From NCBI GenBank assembly GCA_010909165.1, contig MU008159.1:1488001-1552000 (forward strand): a stretch of 64,000 bases of DNA, read 5' to 3'. The notes beneath the pieces were generated by a model, which had not been told where the DNA came from, did not search any database, and saw only the letters and a list, made by a program, of their open reading frames with translations. Both the position numbers and the translations under genes were made by a program. Shown here piece by piece: positions 39,001 through 52,249 of the stretch. This stretch comes from Anthoceros angustus. Lineage: Eukaryota > Plantae > Anthocerotophyta. The stretch's first letter is position 1. Every line of letters starts with the position of its first letter.

Positions 39001-40870
39001 GAGAAGAATATCAGCAATAGGGGAAAACTCGGAGATGGACTCAGAGAGATCCGCATATGGATTACCGCCCTGAGCATATTTGGAGGACCTTGGAGGGAAG
39101 TAACAGACGCCAACATATAAGTCACGGTGAGAAGAGAAAAGAGCAGCAGCAATTCGAACCCAGAGGACAGAGCTAAGCTCGTCATGACGAATAAGGGAGA
39201 TAAAAGGAGTCAAGGACTCCCGAAAATAGCAAGCAATACCCCCGAAAGCCTTGGGAGAGTTGCTGGAGACATGGTGTCTAAAGGTAGAAAAACATGAATA
39301 TCCGGAGAACGGCCTAAGGGGGCGGGTATGATGCTCATGAGTCTCTGATAGAAACACAATATCCCGCAATCCCGGCCGTGAGGAGATCAAGCATTCCTGT
39401 GGTGTAGATTGATAGATCCGCTTGCAATTCCAAGAAGCCGTGAGGATGCCATCACGGGCCCCGCATCCCTACGGGACATGCGCGGCAGTCTTGGGTTCCC
39501 GTATAACTAGGTCGTCATCAATGAAATAAGCCACCATACCCTCTGATTTTGCCTTCTTACAATCAAGCAACAATTGCTTCTTGCGTTCCCATTGGAGAGG
39601 AGTAAGGTCAGGGTTGACAAATATATCTTGGCCTTTCAAGTTTGTGCGTGCACGTAACACACGCAACCTGTCCTCAAGAGTAAAAAAACGCACAATATAA
39701 GTGGGGGATCGAGAATGGTCCTTACCCACTCTCCAAGCGTGTTGGAACCGAACATCGACCTTGATAACATCAGCCAAAAAACCCCTTACAGCACTTTCTG
39801 GAGTAGTTCCCGATATCCCTGTAATACGGAGGTTTCGAGATCGCTTATCGCGATCGCGGGACTCCGAAATGGTAGCAGTAACAGTGGCAGAGTTCGTCGC
39901 GGCCGTGACGGCGGCAAAAGATCGGGTCAGGGGGCCTATCCTGCAATTCTTGAATAACCTCATCATTCTTGGACATGCCAGTACGGATAGAAGTTAATTT
40001 GTCTTCAATAATAATTTCAACCTTCTCCAAAAGGCCATGTAGGTCAATCGTGGTAGCCGGAGTAGAGTGTGGAATTGTGGTCAGCTCAACGTGCTTAGAG
40101 ATCGTATTAGCCTGCTCAGAAATCTTCCCTGTGAGCTCCTTAAGAGATGTCTGAAGATCAAGATGTCAAGCCATATCCATGCGAAAGTGTCTAGAGAAGT
40201 CTGCAATAAGGTGTTCCCATTCTGAAGGCTCAAAACATCAGCCTGTGTTTGCCGTAATTCATTGAGGAGGGAATCATTGGTCGTCTGAGGGCCTCAAACC
40301 TATCGATAGATCCGAGTGCTTGGCAGAGAAATCTTGAGTCTAGCCTCCAAGATAATGTGAGACTCCATGAAAGAAAGTATTTGTCCTCCAAAACGAGAGT
40401 CACCTGCCTCAAGACTATGAACCCTAGAGAACAGATCTGCCATGTCACATTGCACCTTGGATTCAAGGGAGGACGCTTTAAGGCCATCCGCTGGAGCCAT
40501 TCCCGCTTGCCAAAATACCGTAGTAGAACACTACTGAAAGAGAGATTAGCGCGCCATAAGCAGGTTGCCCAATTACTGCACTTTGGCCTGGGCCCCACAA
40601 GACGACTGGTGGAGCCCCAAGGCCGAAAACCCCGCATTTAGGACCTAAAAGAAGCCCCGCCCACACCACCGCACTCCCACGCCAAATCCTGCAAAGACGG
40701 GCGCCGCCAAAACCGTAAGGCCCCGAACCTCCACACGCTCCGCCTCCAGAAGCGACACACCGCCTCGCACCGCACCGCCCGCACCACCCGCCCACACTGC
40801 CTCCGCACCGCCCGCCTCCGCACCGCCCGCTCCACACTGCCTCCGCACCGCCGCCCGCCACCGATCGAGC
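36013..40870 (-). mobile_element. Near full-length LINE (RTEX-like): ORF1 (coiled coil + RRM/CTD, about 40500-39469), ORF2 (APE-RT-Cys motif, about 39460-36200), (GTT)n tail; many frameshifts
   Basis: ORF1: RSRNLRITGI..AWRVGK..IVRF..IFVNPDLT. APE: SWNC, FLSETH, VCYFPP, LLVGDFNA, DYVI. RT: NYRFIT, CFVDFKRAF, GDPLSPNLFGLYID, LLYADDIVLL. AATAAA then (GTT)7 at 36040-36013. GC-rich repeats in the 5-prime UTR at 40740-40862. Confidence 0.92.
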
Positions 40871-40949
40871 TACCTCACACTAGACCAACAATCCCAAGTT
40901 ACAAACCAATTGAGCCACTACATATTCATTTTCTTAAAAGACACTATGA

Positions 40950-41335
40950 GGAGGCGCCGGCCGGCCGGCGCCCATGGGCGGTGTGCTAGGGGAGGGCGCC
41001 GGCCGGCGCCCATGGCCAAGGCATGGCGTGTTAGGAGGCGCCGGCCGCCGGCGCCCATGGGCGGTGTGCTAGGGAGGCGCCGGCCGGCCGGCGCCCATGG
41101 GCGGTGTGTTAGGAGGCGCCGGCCGGCGCCATGGGCGGTGTGTTAGGGGAGGACGCCCGGCCGGCGCCCATGGGCGGTGTGCTAGGAGGCGCCGGCCGGC
41201 CGGCGCCCATGGGCGGTGTGCTAGGGAGGCGCCGGCCGGCCGGCGCCCATGGGCGGTGTGTTAGGGGAGGGCGCCGGCCGGCCGGCGCCCATGGGCGGTG
41301 TGCTAGGGAGGCGCCGGCCGGCCGGCGCCTCCCTA
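40950..41335. repeat. GC-rich minisatellite, about 39 bp x ~10, built on the palindrome GGCGCCGGCCGGCCGGCGCC
   Basis: The unit GGCGCCGGCCGGCCGGCGCCCATGGGCGGTGTG(C/T)TAGGG(G)A repeats head to tail without spacers. Confidence 0.95.
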
Positions 41336-41339
41336 TCTC

Positions 41340-44300
41340 CACCCGCCCGCACCGACGGTGGTGCAGGAGGCGCCGGCCGCCGCCGCCTCCAAGACCGCCT
41401 GTAGGCCCACCGATGGTGGCGGGCAGAGGGAGGGCGCCGGCCGCCGGCCTTTACGCTAACCACCCATAGGGTGGGCAAACGGTGGTGCGCCTGTGACTAC
41501 CACTTCCTTGGGGGTTAAGAAATAAGTAGGGTTTTGTTTTTTCAGAGGAGCGAGGATAAAATAAAGGCGGAAAAGGAGGAATAAGCATGGATAGCACTCG
41601 GGCACTCGGAGTATACTCCGGACCGAGTGGCAACGACTGACCTACTATGGCGTGCACCGACTACGCCGGTAACGGATAAGTCCGGACCCACTCCAGTCCA
41701 AACAGATAAGTACGGAAAGTAACTTAGAAGTTGAGCCGTGAGGACTCAGGCGGCGCCACGTGGGCGGCCACGAGTGGAGGTCGGCATGCACCGCCAGACG
41801 AGCCAGGGCCGCAGGCAGTATTCACGCCCGCGGACCGGGAGGAGGCGGAAGAGGCCGGGCGTATGGTACTCCTCCGGGAGGCGGAGGCGGAGGCGGAAGA
41901 GGCGGAGGCATAAGGTCATAAGCCATGCACCTCGCTAGTGGAAGAGGCGCCTTCCGCCCAGTTACTCCCAAAGGCGCAGGAAGGCTGTCATTGCCACCGA
42001 GACACCGCAGCCTCTGCGCCCGCAACCCGGCTCGGGCGCTATCTCTTTGAGCGCCCAAGCACCTTCGAGCGTGGTTCCGCCGGGGTTGGAGCGAGCTAAG
42101 GAGGCGAGGAGGGCGCATCGTGCCGGTGAACTCCGGCCCAGCCACGAACAAGGGGAGAAGGCGATGGCACCCAAAAACTGCGGAAGTTTGGGAGCCATGG
42201 AACCTCGAGAGCGCAACATTGTGACCCGCGCTATCCGGACTTTGGGCCCGGCCGGAGGAAGCGGGAGAATTAGTGGAGGAGTGGCACTGGATGTGTTCCC
42301 GGTCCGACGCTCGACAACACCGTCCGGAGTTCGCCGAAGATGTTGGCGGTCAACAAGGAGGTTCGTCCAAGAACCTCGGGAGGACCAGGCGATGGACCTT
42401 GGAGGTCTGAGGCGCCTAACCGCCCAAAGGAGGAAGAAGGGGTGTGGTGCAGCCCCTCAAGGCGAAGGGAAGATAGGGCCGCAACACGGGCGGCGAGGCT
42501 CGAACGCAGAGGACCACCAACGGCTGGTTGATATCCGACCCGGACTGAGTAAGGCGGTAGCCGGATCATTGTCCATTGAACTCGCCACCAAGGTGGATCA
42601 CCTTGGTGATAACTGCTGGTATTCTCGCATGCGCCATGGGGAAGAGGCGGAGGAAGGATTATCTTCGCCTGCCAGAGGCCCGCAAGCTAAGGAGCGAGAA
42701 GCCTCCTGGGCCCCATACCGATCCATGTATGGGGACATTTGAACTCTGAAGGAGGGAGAGCTTGAGCGGGCGCCCGAGGTGGGGGCCGACCCTCGAGCCA
42801 AGTGGAGCGGCAAGGGCGCCCGAGGTGGGGGCCGACCCTCGAAGGCCAAGCGGACCGGGAGGAGGCGGCGGAGATGGAGGATCTCGGACTCCATACGTCC
42901 GAACGGACCCCTCACCACCCGAAGTATGGGAGGAAATCCCTTCCTCCTCCCGGTGCCCCACCGAGCAGGCAGCAGGAGGCGGCCCCGACCCAATAGCCCA
43001 CCACCACAACCACAGGAGCCCGCCGACCCGAGGCGAGAGGAGATGGAAGACCGCAAGGAGACCTTGGGCTGCGGCTCAAACTACCATTGAGAGGAATGGT
43101 AGTGCGGGGCGTCGCCGAAATGGAGAAGGAGGCGGCGGGGAGGCGGTGGAGCAGGAGGTCACCGCGCACAGCCTGCACGGTCCTGCCTCCGGCTGTGAAG
43201 AGGCAAAAGGCTTGCTCCGGACCCCTCACCTCCTCCGAGCCCTGTGAGAAAAAGGCGGAGAAGGAGCTCGCGCCAAAGGGCCAAGGAGGGTGAAGTGAGC
43301 CAAGACTCAGACCTAAGGGTCTGATTAGGTCCGAGAACCCACCGACTTACTCGGACTGGTATGGAGGTCCTCGATCATGAAATGCCGCTCCCACTACGGA
43401 CTTTGTGGGAGCCTCACTGCGGCCGTGGAAGAAACACGGCGGGTCAGCTACCGTCATGGACGGTATGCTTTGGGGTCTCGGATGGCCGAGAAGACCCGGA
43501 GGTAGAAGCCACCGGGCGTATGGTACTCCTCCGGGAGGCGGTTGGAGGGCCGGAGGCAGGAGGAAGGCCAAGCTCGGCCGAATTGAGGAAGGCGGAAGAG
43601 GCCGGGAGGCGGAGATGGAAGACCGCAAGGACCGGACTAAATTCCTTCACCGGAGGAGCACCAAGGTGCTAAGGAGGCGGGAGGCGGTGGCCGGGAGGCG
43701 GTTGGAGGGCCGGAGGCAGGAGGAAGAGGCCGGGCGCAAGCGAGAGGGCTCGGGACTGGCGGAGGCGGCCGGCTAGACGAGCCAAGCCGAGAAGCCTGTG
43801 AAGGTGGCCAGGAGGCGGAAGCCGCAGTCGACCGCGATCACTATCGGCGTGATCGAACCGGTGGAGGGAGGCGGCGGCTCCGGCTATCAAACTGGCGGGG
43901 AGGCGGAAGAGGCAAAAGGGCCAAGGAGGGTGAAGCTCGGGAGGCGAGAAGACCCGGAGGTAGAAGCCACCGGGGCGTGGTACTCCTCCGGGAGGCGGTT
44001 GGAGGGCCGGAGGCAGGAAGGCCGAAGCTCTCGGCGGATTGAGAAGGAAGCGGGAGGCGAGAGGAATGGTCCATCGCAGGCCGGACTAAATTCCTTCAGG
44101 GAGGCGGAAGAGGCGGAGAAGGAGGCGAGGACCTCTGCGAGCGGAGTGGCCGCGGGAGGCGGAAGAGGCCGGCGCGCAGAGGGCTCGGGACTGGCGGAGG
44201 CGGCTAGACGAGCCAAGTGGAGGCTCGGTGAAGGTGGCCAGGAGGCGGAAGCCACAGCAAGGCCGACCGCGATCACTATCGGCGTGATCGCCGGTGGAGG

Positions 44301-47300
44301 CGGGGGTAGCGCAGCCAATCGAAAGGCGGCGGCGGCGGAGCAAGCAGACGAGCCGTGCGAAACCAGCCAGGAAATCGGGGACCTCGGGCGCAGTGCGGAG
44401 GAGGTAGAAGGCGGCGGCTGGAGGGGCAAGGACACCTTGGAGTTACAACCCAAGACGCTGGAGCAGCAAGGGGTTCTCAACGAGAGTCCAAGACTTGACG
44501 GGAGATAGGCGCCTCCGGCTCGAAGATGGAGCAGGAGGCGGCGGAGCAAGCGCGACCACCAGCCTGTGAAGCATGACAAGGAGATGGAGGATCTCGGACT
44601 CCGTGAGGTGGAGCAAAGAAGGCAGGAGGAAGGAAGCTCTCGAATTGAGAAGGAAGCGGGAGGCGAGAGGAAGTCTGGTCCATTAGGAAGGACTAAATTC
44701 CTTCAGTGGAGGCGGTTGGAGGGCCGGAGGCCCAAGGTGAGGACCTCTGTGCGGAGGGAGGCCGGGAGGCGGAAGAGGCCGGGCGCAAGCGGAGAGGGCT
44801 CGGGACTGGCGGCGACTAGACGAGCCAAACTGGAGGCTCGGTGAAGGTGGCCGGGAGGCGGAAGCCACAGTCGACCGCGATCACTATCGGCGTGATCGAA
44901 CCGGTGGAGGGAGGCGCAGCCACGCCAATCAAGGCCGAGCAGTGCAAGAGAGCAAGCACGAGCCGCGTAAACACTCGGAGGCCAAGACCCGGAGGTAGAA
45001 GCCACCGGGGCGTGGTACTCCTCCGGGAGGCGGTTGGAGGGCCGGAGGCAGGAAGGCCGAAGCTCTCGGCGGATTGAGAAGGAAGCGGGAGGCGAGAGGA
45101 ATGGTCCATCGCAGGCCGGACTAAATTCCTTCAGGGAGGCGGGAGGCGGAAGAGGCCGAGGACCTCTGCGAGCGGAGTGGCCGCGGGAGGCGGAAGAGGC
45201 CGGCGCGCAGAGGGCTCGGGACTGGCGGAGGCGGCTAGACGAGCCAAGTGGAGGCTCGGTGAAGGTGGCCAGGAGGCGGAAGCCACAGCAAGGCCGACCG
45301 CGATCACTATCAGCGTGATCGCCGGTGGAGGGAGGCGGGGGTAGCGCAGCCAATCGAAAGGCGGCGGCGGCGGAGCAAGCACAGACGAGCCGTGCGAAAC
45401 CAGCCAGGAAATCGGGGACCTCGGGCGCAGTGCGGAGGAGGTAGAAGGCGGCGGCTGGAGGGGCAAGGACACCTTGGAGTTACAACCCAAGACGCTGGAG
45501 CAGCAAGGGGTTCTCAACGAGAGTCCAAGACTTGACGGGAGATAGGCGCCTCCCTCAAGATGGAGCAGGAGGCGGCGGAGCAAGCGCGACCACCAGCCTG
45601 TGAAGCATGACAAGGAGATGGAGGATCTCGGACTCCGTGAGGTGGAGCAAAGAAGGCAGGAGGAAGGAAGCTCTCGAATTGAGAAGGAAGCGGGAGGCGA
45701 GAGGAAGTCTGGTCCATTAGGAAGGACTAAATTCCTTCAGGGAGGCAGGAGGAGGCCCAAGGTGAGGACCTCTGTGCGGAGGGAGGCCGGGAGGCGGAAG
45801 AGGCCGGGCGCAAGCGGAGAGGGCTCGGGACTGGCGGCGACTAGACGAGCCAAACTGGAGGCTCGGTGAAGGTGGCCGGGAGGCGGAAGCCACAAGGCCG
45901 CGATCACTATCGTGATCGGCCAGGTGGAGGAGGCGGCGGAGATTGGACCACCAATCCCAAAGGCGGAGCCCAGACGAGCCGTCTGGCTCGAGCACCGGAA
46001 ATCGGGGACCTCGGCTGCGGAGGAGGTAGAAGGGGAGGCGGCTGGAGGGCAGCAAGGACACCTTGGAGTTACAACTCCAAGGCAGCGTTCGACAAGGGGT
46101 TCTCAGAGAGTCCAAGACTTGACGGGAGATAGGCGCCTCCGGCTGCACGAAGATGGGCGGGAGGCGGCGGAGCAGCGCGGACCCCGGGCCCGAAGCTCGC
46201 GACAAGGAGATGGAGGATCTCGGACTCGGCTCGTGAGGTGGAGCGGCGGCGGGGAGATGGAAGACCGCAAGGAGACCTTGAGTCATTCAAACTACCATTG
46301 AGAGGAATGGTAGTGCGGGGCGTGGTCGCGAACGCGAACGAAATAGAGCGGCCCACGCTGGACGGAGGCGATGCAGCGATGGAGCAGGAGGCGGGGCGTC
46401 GCCGAAATGGAGAAGGACTGGCGAAGCTCGCCCGCAGAGTTGCCCGACCGTCTGAGAGGAGATGGCGAGTTAATGTAATGAGAAGCGAGAGCACCGGAAG
46501 GCATAAGAAGCCGTCCAGCTTGAGGAAGGCGGAAGGGAGGTGGCGGACCTGGAAGGCTCGGAGGGAAGAAGGGCATGGGGACACAGGCGAAGCTCGCGAC
46601 AAGGAGATGGAGGCGGTGGAGCAACGGCGGGGAGGTGGCCGGGAGGCGGACTCACAGGTTCGGACTCGGCTCCGGCTATCAAACTGGCGGGGAGGTGGTC
46701 CAACAAGCAGGCGCCGGCCGGCTCCGGAGCACCTATGGCGAAGGAGTATCGGGTGCTCGGGCACACGTGGAAGAGGCCGGGCGCAAGCGGAGAGGGCTCG
46801 GGACTCGGGAGGCGGCGACTAGACGAGCCAAACTGGAGGCTCGGTGAAGGTGGCCGGGAGGCGGAAGCCACAAGGCCGCGATCACTATCGTGATCGGCCA
46901 GGTGGAGGAGGCGGCGGAGATTGGACCACCAATCCCAAAGGCGGAGCCCAGACGAGCCGTCTGGCTCGAGCACCGGAAATCGGGGACCTCGGCTGCGGAG
47001 GAGGTAGAAGGGGAGGCGGCTGGAGGGCAGCAAGGACACCTTGGAGTTACAACTCCAAGGCAGCGTTCGACAAGGGTTCTCAGAGAGTCCAAGACTTGAC
47101 GGGAGATAGGCGCCTCCGGCTGCACGAAGATGGGCGGGAGGCGGCGGAGCAGCGCGGACCCCGGGCCCGAAGCTCGCGACAAGGAGATGGAGGATCTCGG
47201 ACTCGGCTCGTGAGGTGGAGCGGCGGCGGGGAGATGGAAGACCGCAAGGAGACCTTGGGCTGACTTCAAACTACCATTGAGAGGAATGGTAGTGCGGGGC

Positions 47301-49560
47301 GTGGTCGAGCGAGCAGAAATAAAGCTCCGGCTACATTGGCGGACAGGCGATGCAGCGATGGAGCAGAGGCGGGGCGTCGCCGAAATGGAGAAGGACTGGC
47401 GAAGCCCGATCAGAGTTGCCCGGCCAAATGCAGGAGAGGAGATGGCGGAGTTAGCGGCGAGAATGGCGGAAAAGCAGGCGAAGAAAGCTGCTGGTCCGAT
47501 TGAGGAAGGCGGAAGAGCAGCTGCGTTATGGTGGCGTGGCGGAGCAGCAGGAGTTGGGCGGTGGAGCAACGGCGGTTGCGGAGGTGGCCGGCGGCCCTTG
47601 CGACCTCGCGTGCGGCCGGCTCCGGCTATCAAACTGGCGGGGAGGTGGTCCAACAAGCGCGACGCTCGGCTCCGGAGCACCTATGGCGAAGGAGTATCGG
47701 GTGCTCGGGCACCGTGGAAGAGCAATTCAACAAGTGGATTCGGACTTTGCCTATTACCACCGAGCCCCGGGCTGAGGCCTCTCCGCCTCAGAATAGACGG
47801 ACCGGAAGGCCTGAGGGAAGAAGGGCATGGGGACAAAGACGGACTCTAGTGGCCCTGTTTGGAGCGGCGTGAGGAGAAGAGCCTCAAGAGGAGGCGAGGC
47901 CGGACCTCGAGGTAAGTTCACCGCAACCTGCTCGGGAGAAGGGAGGTGACGGCCCTGAAAGGGGCGCAGAAGGAGGGAGCCAACCCGACCCAAGACAAGG
48001 GTCGGGGGGTAGGGATGAGGACCTAGCAGTACGAGGTCCACAGATAAGGGGTCCGGAGCTTGGGGACCGGACCCCGGTAATAAGTTCGGACCCTGAGGTC
48101 CGAACCCCAGAGACGAGGCCGGACCCAGCCGACCGGACTCAGGAAATAAGACGGACTCCTGGAGTTCAGACTCCGGAGTCGAGACCGGACCTCGAGGTCC
48201 GGACTCCGGCAGTAAGGAGGAGCCCCCTTCGACTTACGCTAGGGGAGCAGCCGGTGGCCCCACCGAGGGGACCCACGGGAGGCCAGGGAGGATGACGTTG
48301 TGGTAACGGCCGCCGACCGCCACGAGCCCAACCCGGCTGTGATTCCGGAGAAAGGAGGGTCCGCCTCGCGGATCATCCGATTGCGCGCCGCAATCGTGAC
48401 GGAGATTGGACCACCAATCCCAAAGGCGGAACCGGGACCTTCCCACCACCGCCGACGAAGGAGATAGGGGAGGAAATAGGATGGTAGGCGGCCGATTAGT
48501 ATACCGAGCCGCCATCACCGTAATAGGGTGTAATAAAGGCGCCGACTTGGGCGTAGTATAAGAGGGTCATGCCTCAATAAATCATCTTTCTCTTGGTGTT
48601 GATGCGTTCTTGCGAGACCTTGTGTGTCTTCTTGCTAACGTGAGTCTGAGTCAACGGCGAGCAGCGCTCGGAGAGATTGATCGTGGTCCCGTGACGGACC
48701 TAACGTGTTGTGGTGTGTGCGGGGAGGTGGCCGGCCGGCCGGCCGGCCGCGCCGCCGAACGGACCGAACGTGTGAGCCGAGGGGACCCCGGAGGGACTCG
48801 GGAGGCGTCTGAGCCGGACGGAGAGGCCAGCGAGCAGCGGAGGAGGTCCGGATCGTAACCCGCGCTGCTTTCCTAAGACTGATAAGTGTAGTGTGAGTGG
48901 AGAGAGGAACGGACTAGAGGTGCGAGTGACGAACGTGAACGATACGGACGCGAACGGGTCCTTAAACGTTTGGCCCCACCGGGCCTGTGCGGTGAACGTT
49001 GCGAGTAGTTAGACGCGAACTGATGAATGTGTGCGTTGAGACTGAACGGACGCAAAGTAAGACGAGAATCGCCTGAAACGCTGCAAACGGAGCCTGTCAT
49101 TCCCTTGGGAACGGACTCCTTCCTACAACGACACGGGATTGTGCGCGCCCGGTGCCGCCGAAGTCGCGCCACGCGCCTTAGCGGGCGCCGGCCGGCCGGC
49201 GCCCTCCCTCCGCGTGCCACCCGCCGGTGGGCCTACGTATGGGTGGTGCGTGGAGGGCGCCGCCGCCGGCGCCTGCTTGCGCCCACCCGTCGGGCATACG
49301 GCCGGTGGTGCAGGAGGCGCCGGCGGCCGGCCGGCGCCCTCCCTCCCCGCACCACCAGAAACCCCGACGGTGGTGCGGATAGGGCGCCGGCGGCCGGCCG
49401 CCGGCGCCCTCCCTCCACGCCACACCAGAGGCACGGGTGGGGAGGGCGCCGGCCGCCGGCACCTCCCTCCCCGCACCACCTTATGCCCGACGGGTGGAGC
49501 GAACGGGCGCCGGCCGCCGCCGCCTCCCTCCGCGTGCCCATTGTGGCCTCCTTCCACGCA
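41340..49560. mobile_element. Unclassified GC-rich, purine-skewed composite repeat with nested duplications of about 1 kb; possibly a non-autonomous LTR-retroelement derivative
   Basis: 43950-44860 recurs at 44985-45890, and 45790-46290 recurs at 46770-47270. LTR-like segment at about 48500-48970 (TATAAG, AATAAA) is followed by TGGCCCCACCG. The palindrome motif reappears at 49180-49530. No gag or pol motifs seen. Confidence 0.5.
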
Positions 49561-52249
49561 CTCGCAGACGTGGCACTTCCATCAAAAATTCAGTAGGCTA
49601 ACCTTAGAAGCAACCTTGGAATGAAGGCTAACCTTAGAAGCAAATGCCGTCAAATCGAGCCAAGATTTGGTCGAGTGTAGAGGGTACTCCTAAAACATCT
49701 ATATGCGTGGACAAAAAAGCGATAAGGGATAAGCTCATGAGTTGTGTGGCTTAATACAACTCGAGTCAAAGTGCTACCAAGATAATGATGACAATGGGGG
49801 AGAAGTCGACCAAGTGATGAAGGATTGAACTCGGGGATGAGTGAAATCAAATCTGCTTTTTCCGGGTCCCGAGTTAATGTTGTAAGTCCGTTGTCGATGT
49901 TAATGTGTTAGGGAAATACCGTCTGCGGCTTTTGTGGTGTCATAACAAAACCACATTTTCCTCCCAAAATCGAGTATTACTGCCCTTCCCAGAACGGCCT
50001 TCCTCACCGCTCCTACTTTGCATTATTCCGTAGGTTCGAGCCATACCACCATTCGACACAAACATTGCCGGATGGAAAGTAGTAACTTTCTTGGGTGACA
50101 CCCTTTTTCGAGCTGTTTTCGCAATGCCTTCAAAACGCTGTTTTAGGGCCCATCAAAAACCCCCTTCAGAGATTATTTGCGGAAAACCCCCTTCGAGATT
50201 ATTCACCCCCTTCAAAAATTATCATGTTTGCAAAGCAAAAGCACGAAAGAGGAGTGAGGGGATAAGGGATGGAGAGGGACAAAGGGGAGAAAGACAGTAG
50301 TGGGGCTAAGGCTGAGCTTCTAAGAAGATTGGGAATCTGTATTGGAGTTGAGCCCAACTAAATTGAAGTGTAAGAAGATCTCGCGCTTTGGTTGAGAGTA
50401 AAGTTTATCGCTACAAAAAAAAAAATCTCGCGCTTGATAGTTTTACACAAGGAAAATTACAAAAGCAGCGCCCCAAAACACTTTGTGTTGAAGTGCAAAA
50501 GAAGAACAAAAGATAGGATGACTATGGAGCAAAGAGGCACATGGGGCAACGCGGAGAGATAGGATCAAACTTTGCAAGCTTCAACTTAATAAGGAGAGCA
50601 CGGTGCCTCAACCTAGTAAAGAGAGTATGCCTGCAAGCCAGAGAAAGATTGAACCTTAGCAAGCATACTACGCCAAAGAGCTCCAAATATTTGCCCATTG
50701 CCGATCGGATAAGATGTAATGACTCACATAGTCGATCTTCCGCAATGCCTCAACACCTTCTCACCTATCAAACATGCCCAGATGACACTTCTCGAGAAGC
50801 TCCCGCACAAGTCGCTCGCTGTGGTTCCCGTGACAATGAGGACAACACCGCCGATGATATGACCATACATGCACGATCGCCCGAGCCAACTTAGTAGCCG
50901 CTGTTCCTCCGTTTCTGGCTTGCTGTGGTTCTCGTGACGATGAGGACAACATTGTCGATGATATACAGTCCACCCCCCCTAATTGGGACTGGTTTGGAGT
51001 GGCTTTAGAGGTCCCATTAAGGGAGGTGTCCCAATTATATTTTCCCTATTTAATCATAATAAAAATATTATAAAGTTTAAAAAAACCAATTTTTTTTTTA
51101 AAATTTTGATTGATAAATTTTACTAAAAATAACTTTTACCACTTCTGTATAGTTGTTTGAAAGCTAGCACTCTCTCTAAAGCAACATCAAAAAACCTCTA
51201 CCTATCATAAAGGAAAAAGCTTAGCTTAAGAATCTTAGTACCAAAGTGTGCGGAACGGCATGCCATAACTTGTCCACCTCTGTCCTGGTACCGAATCCGT
51301 GTTGATCGGACAAAACTATTGGACCCGATATCCTGGCTGCTGTTATTAAACTCGTTTACACTAGGCTGCTATTCTGAAACCCGTTCACACTAGCCGCTCG
51401 GCCGAAGGTGATATGGCCAATGACGTGCCGCACTTCTCACCGTCCAGAAAGACGTGCGCCTTGTCGATTTGCTCATGAGTTTGGTAGCAACAAACTGAAG
51501 CACTTCTGGGAGTCGGACTCTCGCTGGACCTCCCGTTACATACCTGCAGAACAGGACACCCGCACTTGTGTCACCAAACTGACAGTTACAAACTGAGGCA
51601 GGTTACACTCTTTGCTATGGCAGGTAGTGATTCCCATGATGACACGTCGAGAAGAGTTTATGATGAAGGGGAGGCAGATCGTGATCTCCATATCGGTACC
51701 CTGCGCGTCTGAAGCTAAACTGGTCGGGGATGGACGTCGGGTCGTATGCTCCTCTACAATTTTGCGAAAAGATGGGAGGAGCCTCTCCCTCGGCCCGTGA
51801 TCTCCAAGCCCTGGCCACACAGGCCGTCGGGACTCCTCCAGTCTCTGTATTTCTGAAGCCTGTTCTCACGTTCGCCATCAAGCTTTCGGACGAACCCGAG
51901 CTGAAGACGCTATTAGCGGCAAATGTCAGATGCAACGACCAGTTCCCCTAGAGGCAGTGCCCGGGAGCCCGCGGTCAGCCAAGCTCGATGGTAAGGTTGT
52001 TTCGGGGAGTCTTCTCGGATTACTCTCAGATTTTGTGAAGACGTGAGGTTGGTTGCAGCTGTGGCACGCTTGCAGCTCATATGGCACTTCCTCTGTGGCA
52101 GGTTCGGAGTATATTTGTGCAGCGTCCTTCATCACTTGAATTGTGGAATTAGGCTAGGCCAAGATGGTCTCGATGCTTTAAATTACAGGATTTTCCCGTC
52201 CTTCACGAAGAAGGAAGCCCAGGCCCGAGCTCCTGCTGTCAGGATCTGA

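Noticed and set aside
40950-41335. CRISPR array or true telomere tract
   Set aside because: There are no spacers, and TTAGGG/CTAGGG occurs once per unit, never as tandem TTTAGGG.
41700-49620. Dozens of overlapping Arg/Gly/Pro/Ala-rich ORFs as genes
   Set aside because: They are a by-product of very high GC and repetition, with no recognisable domain and ORFs in all six frames.
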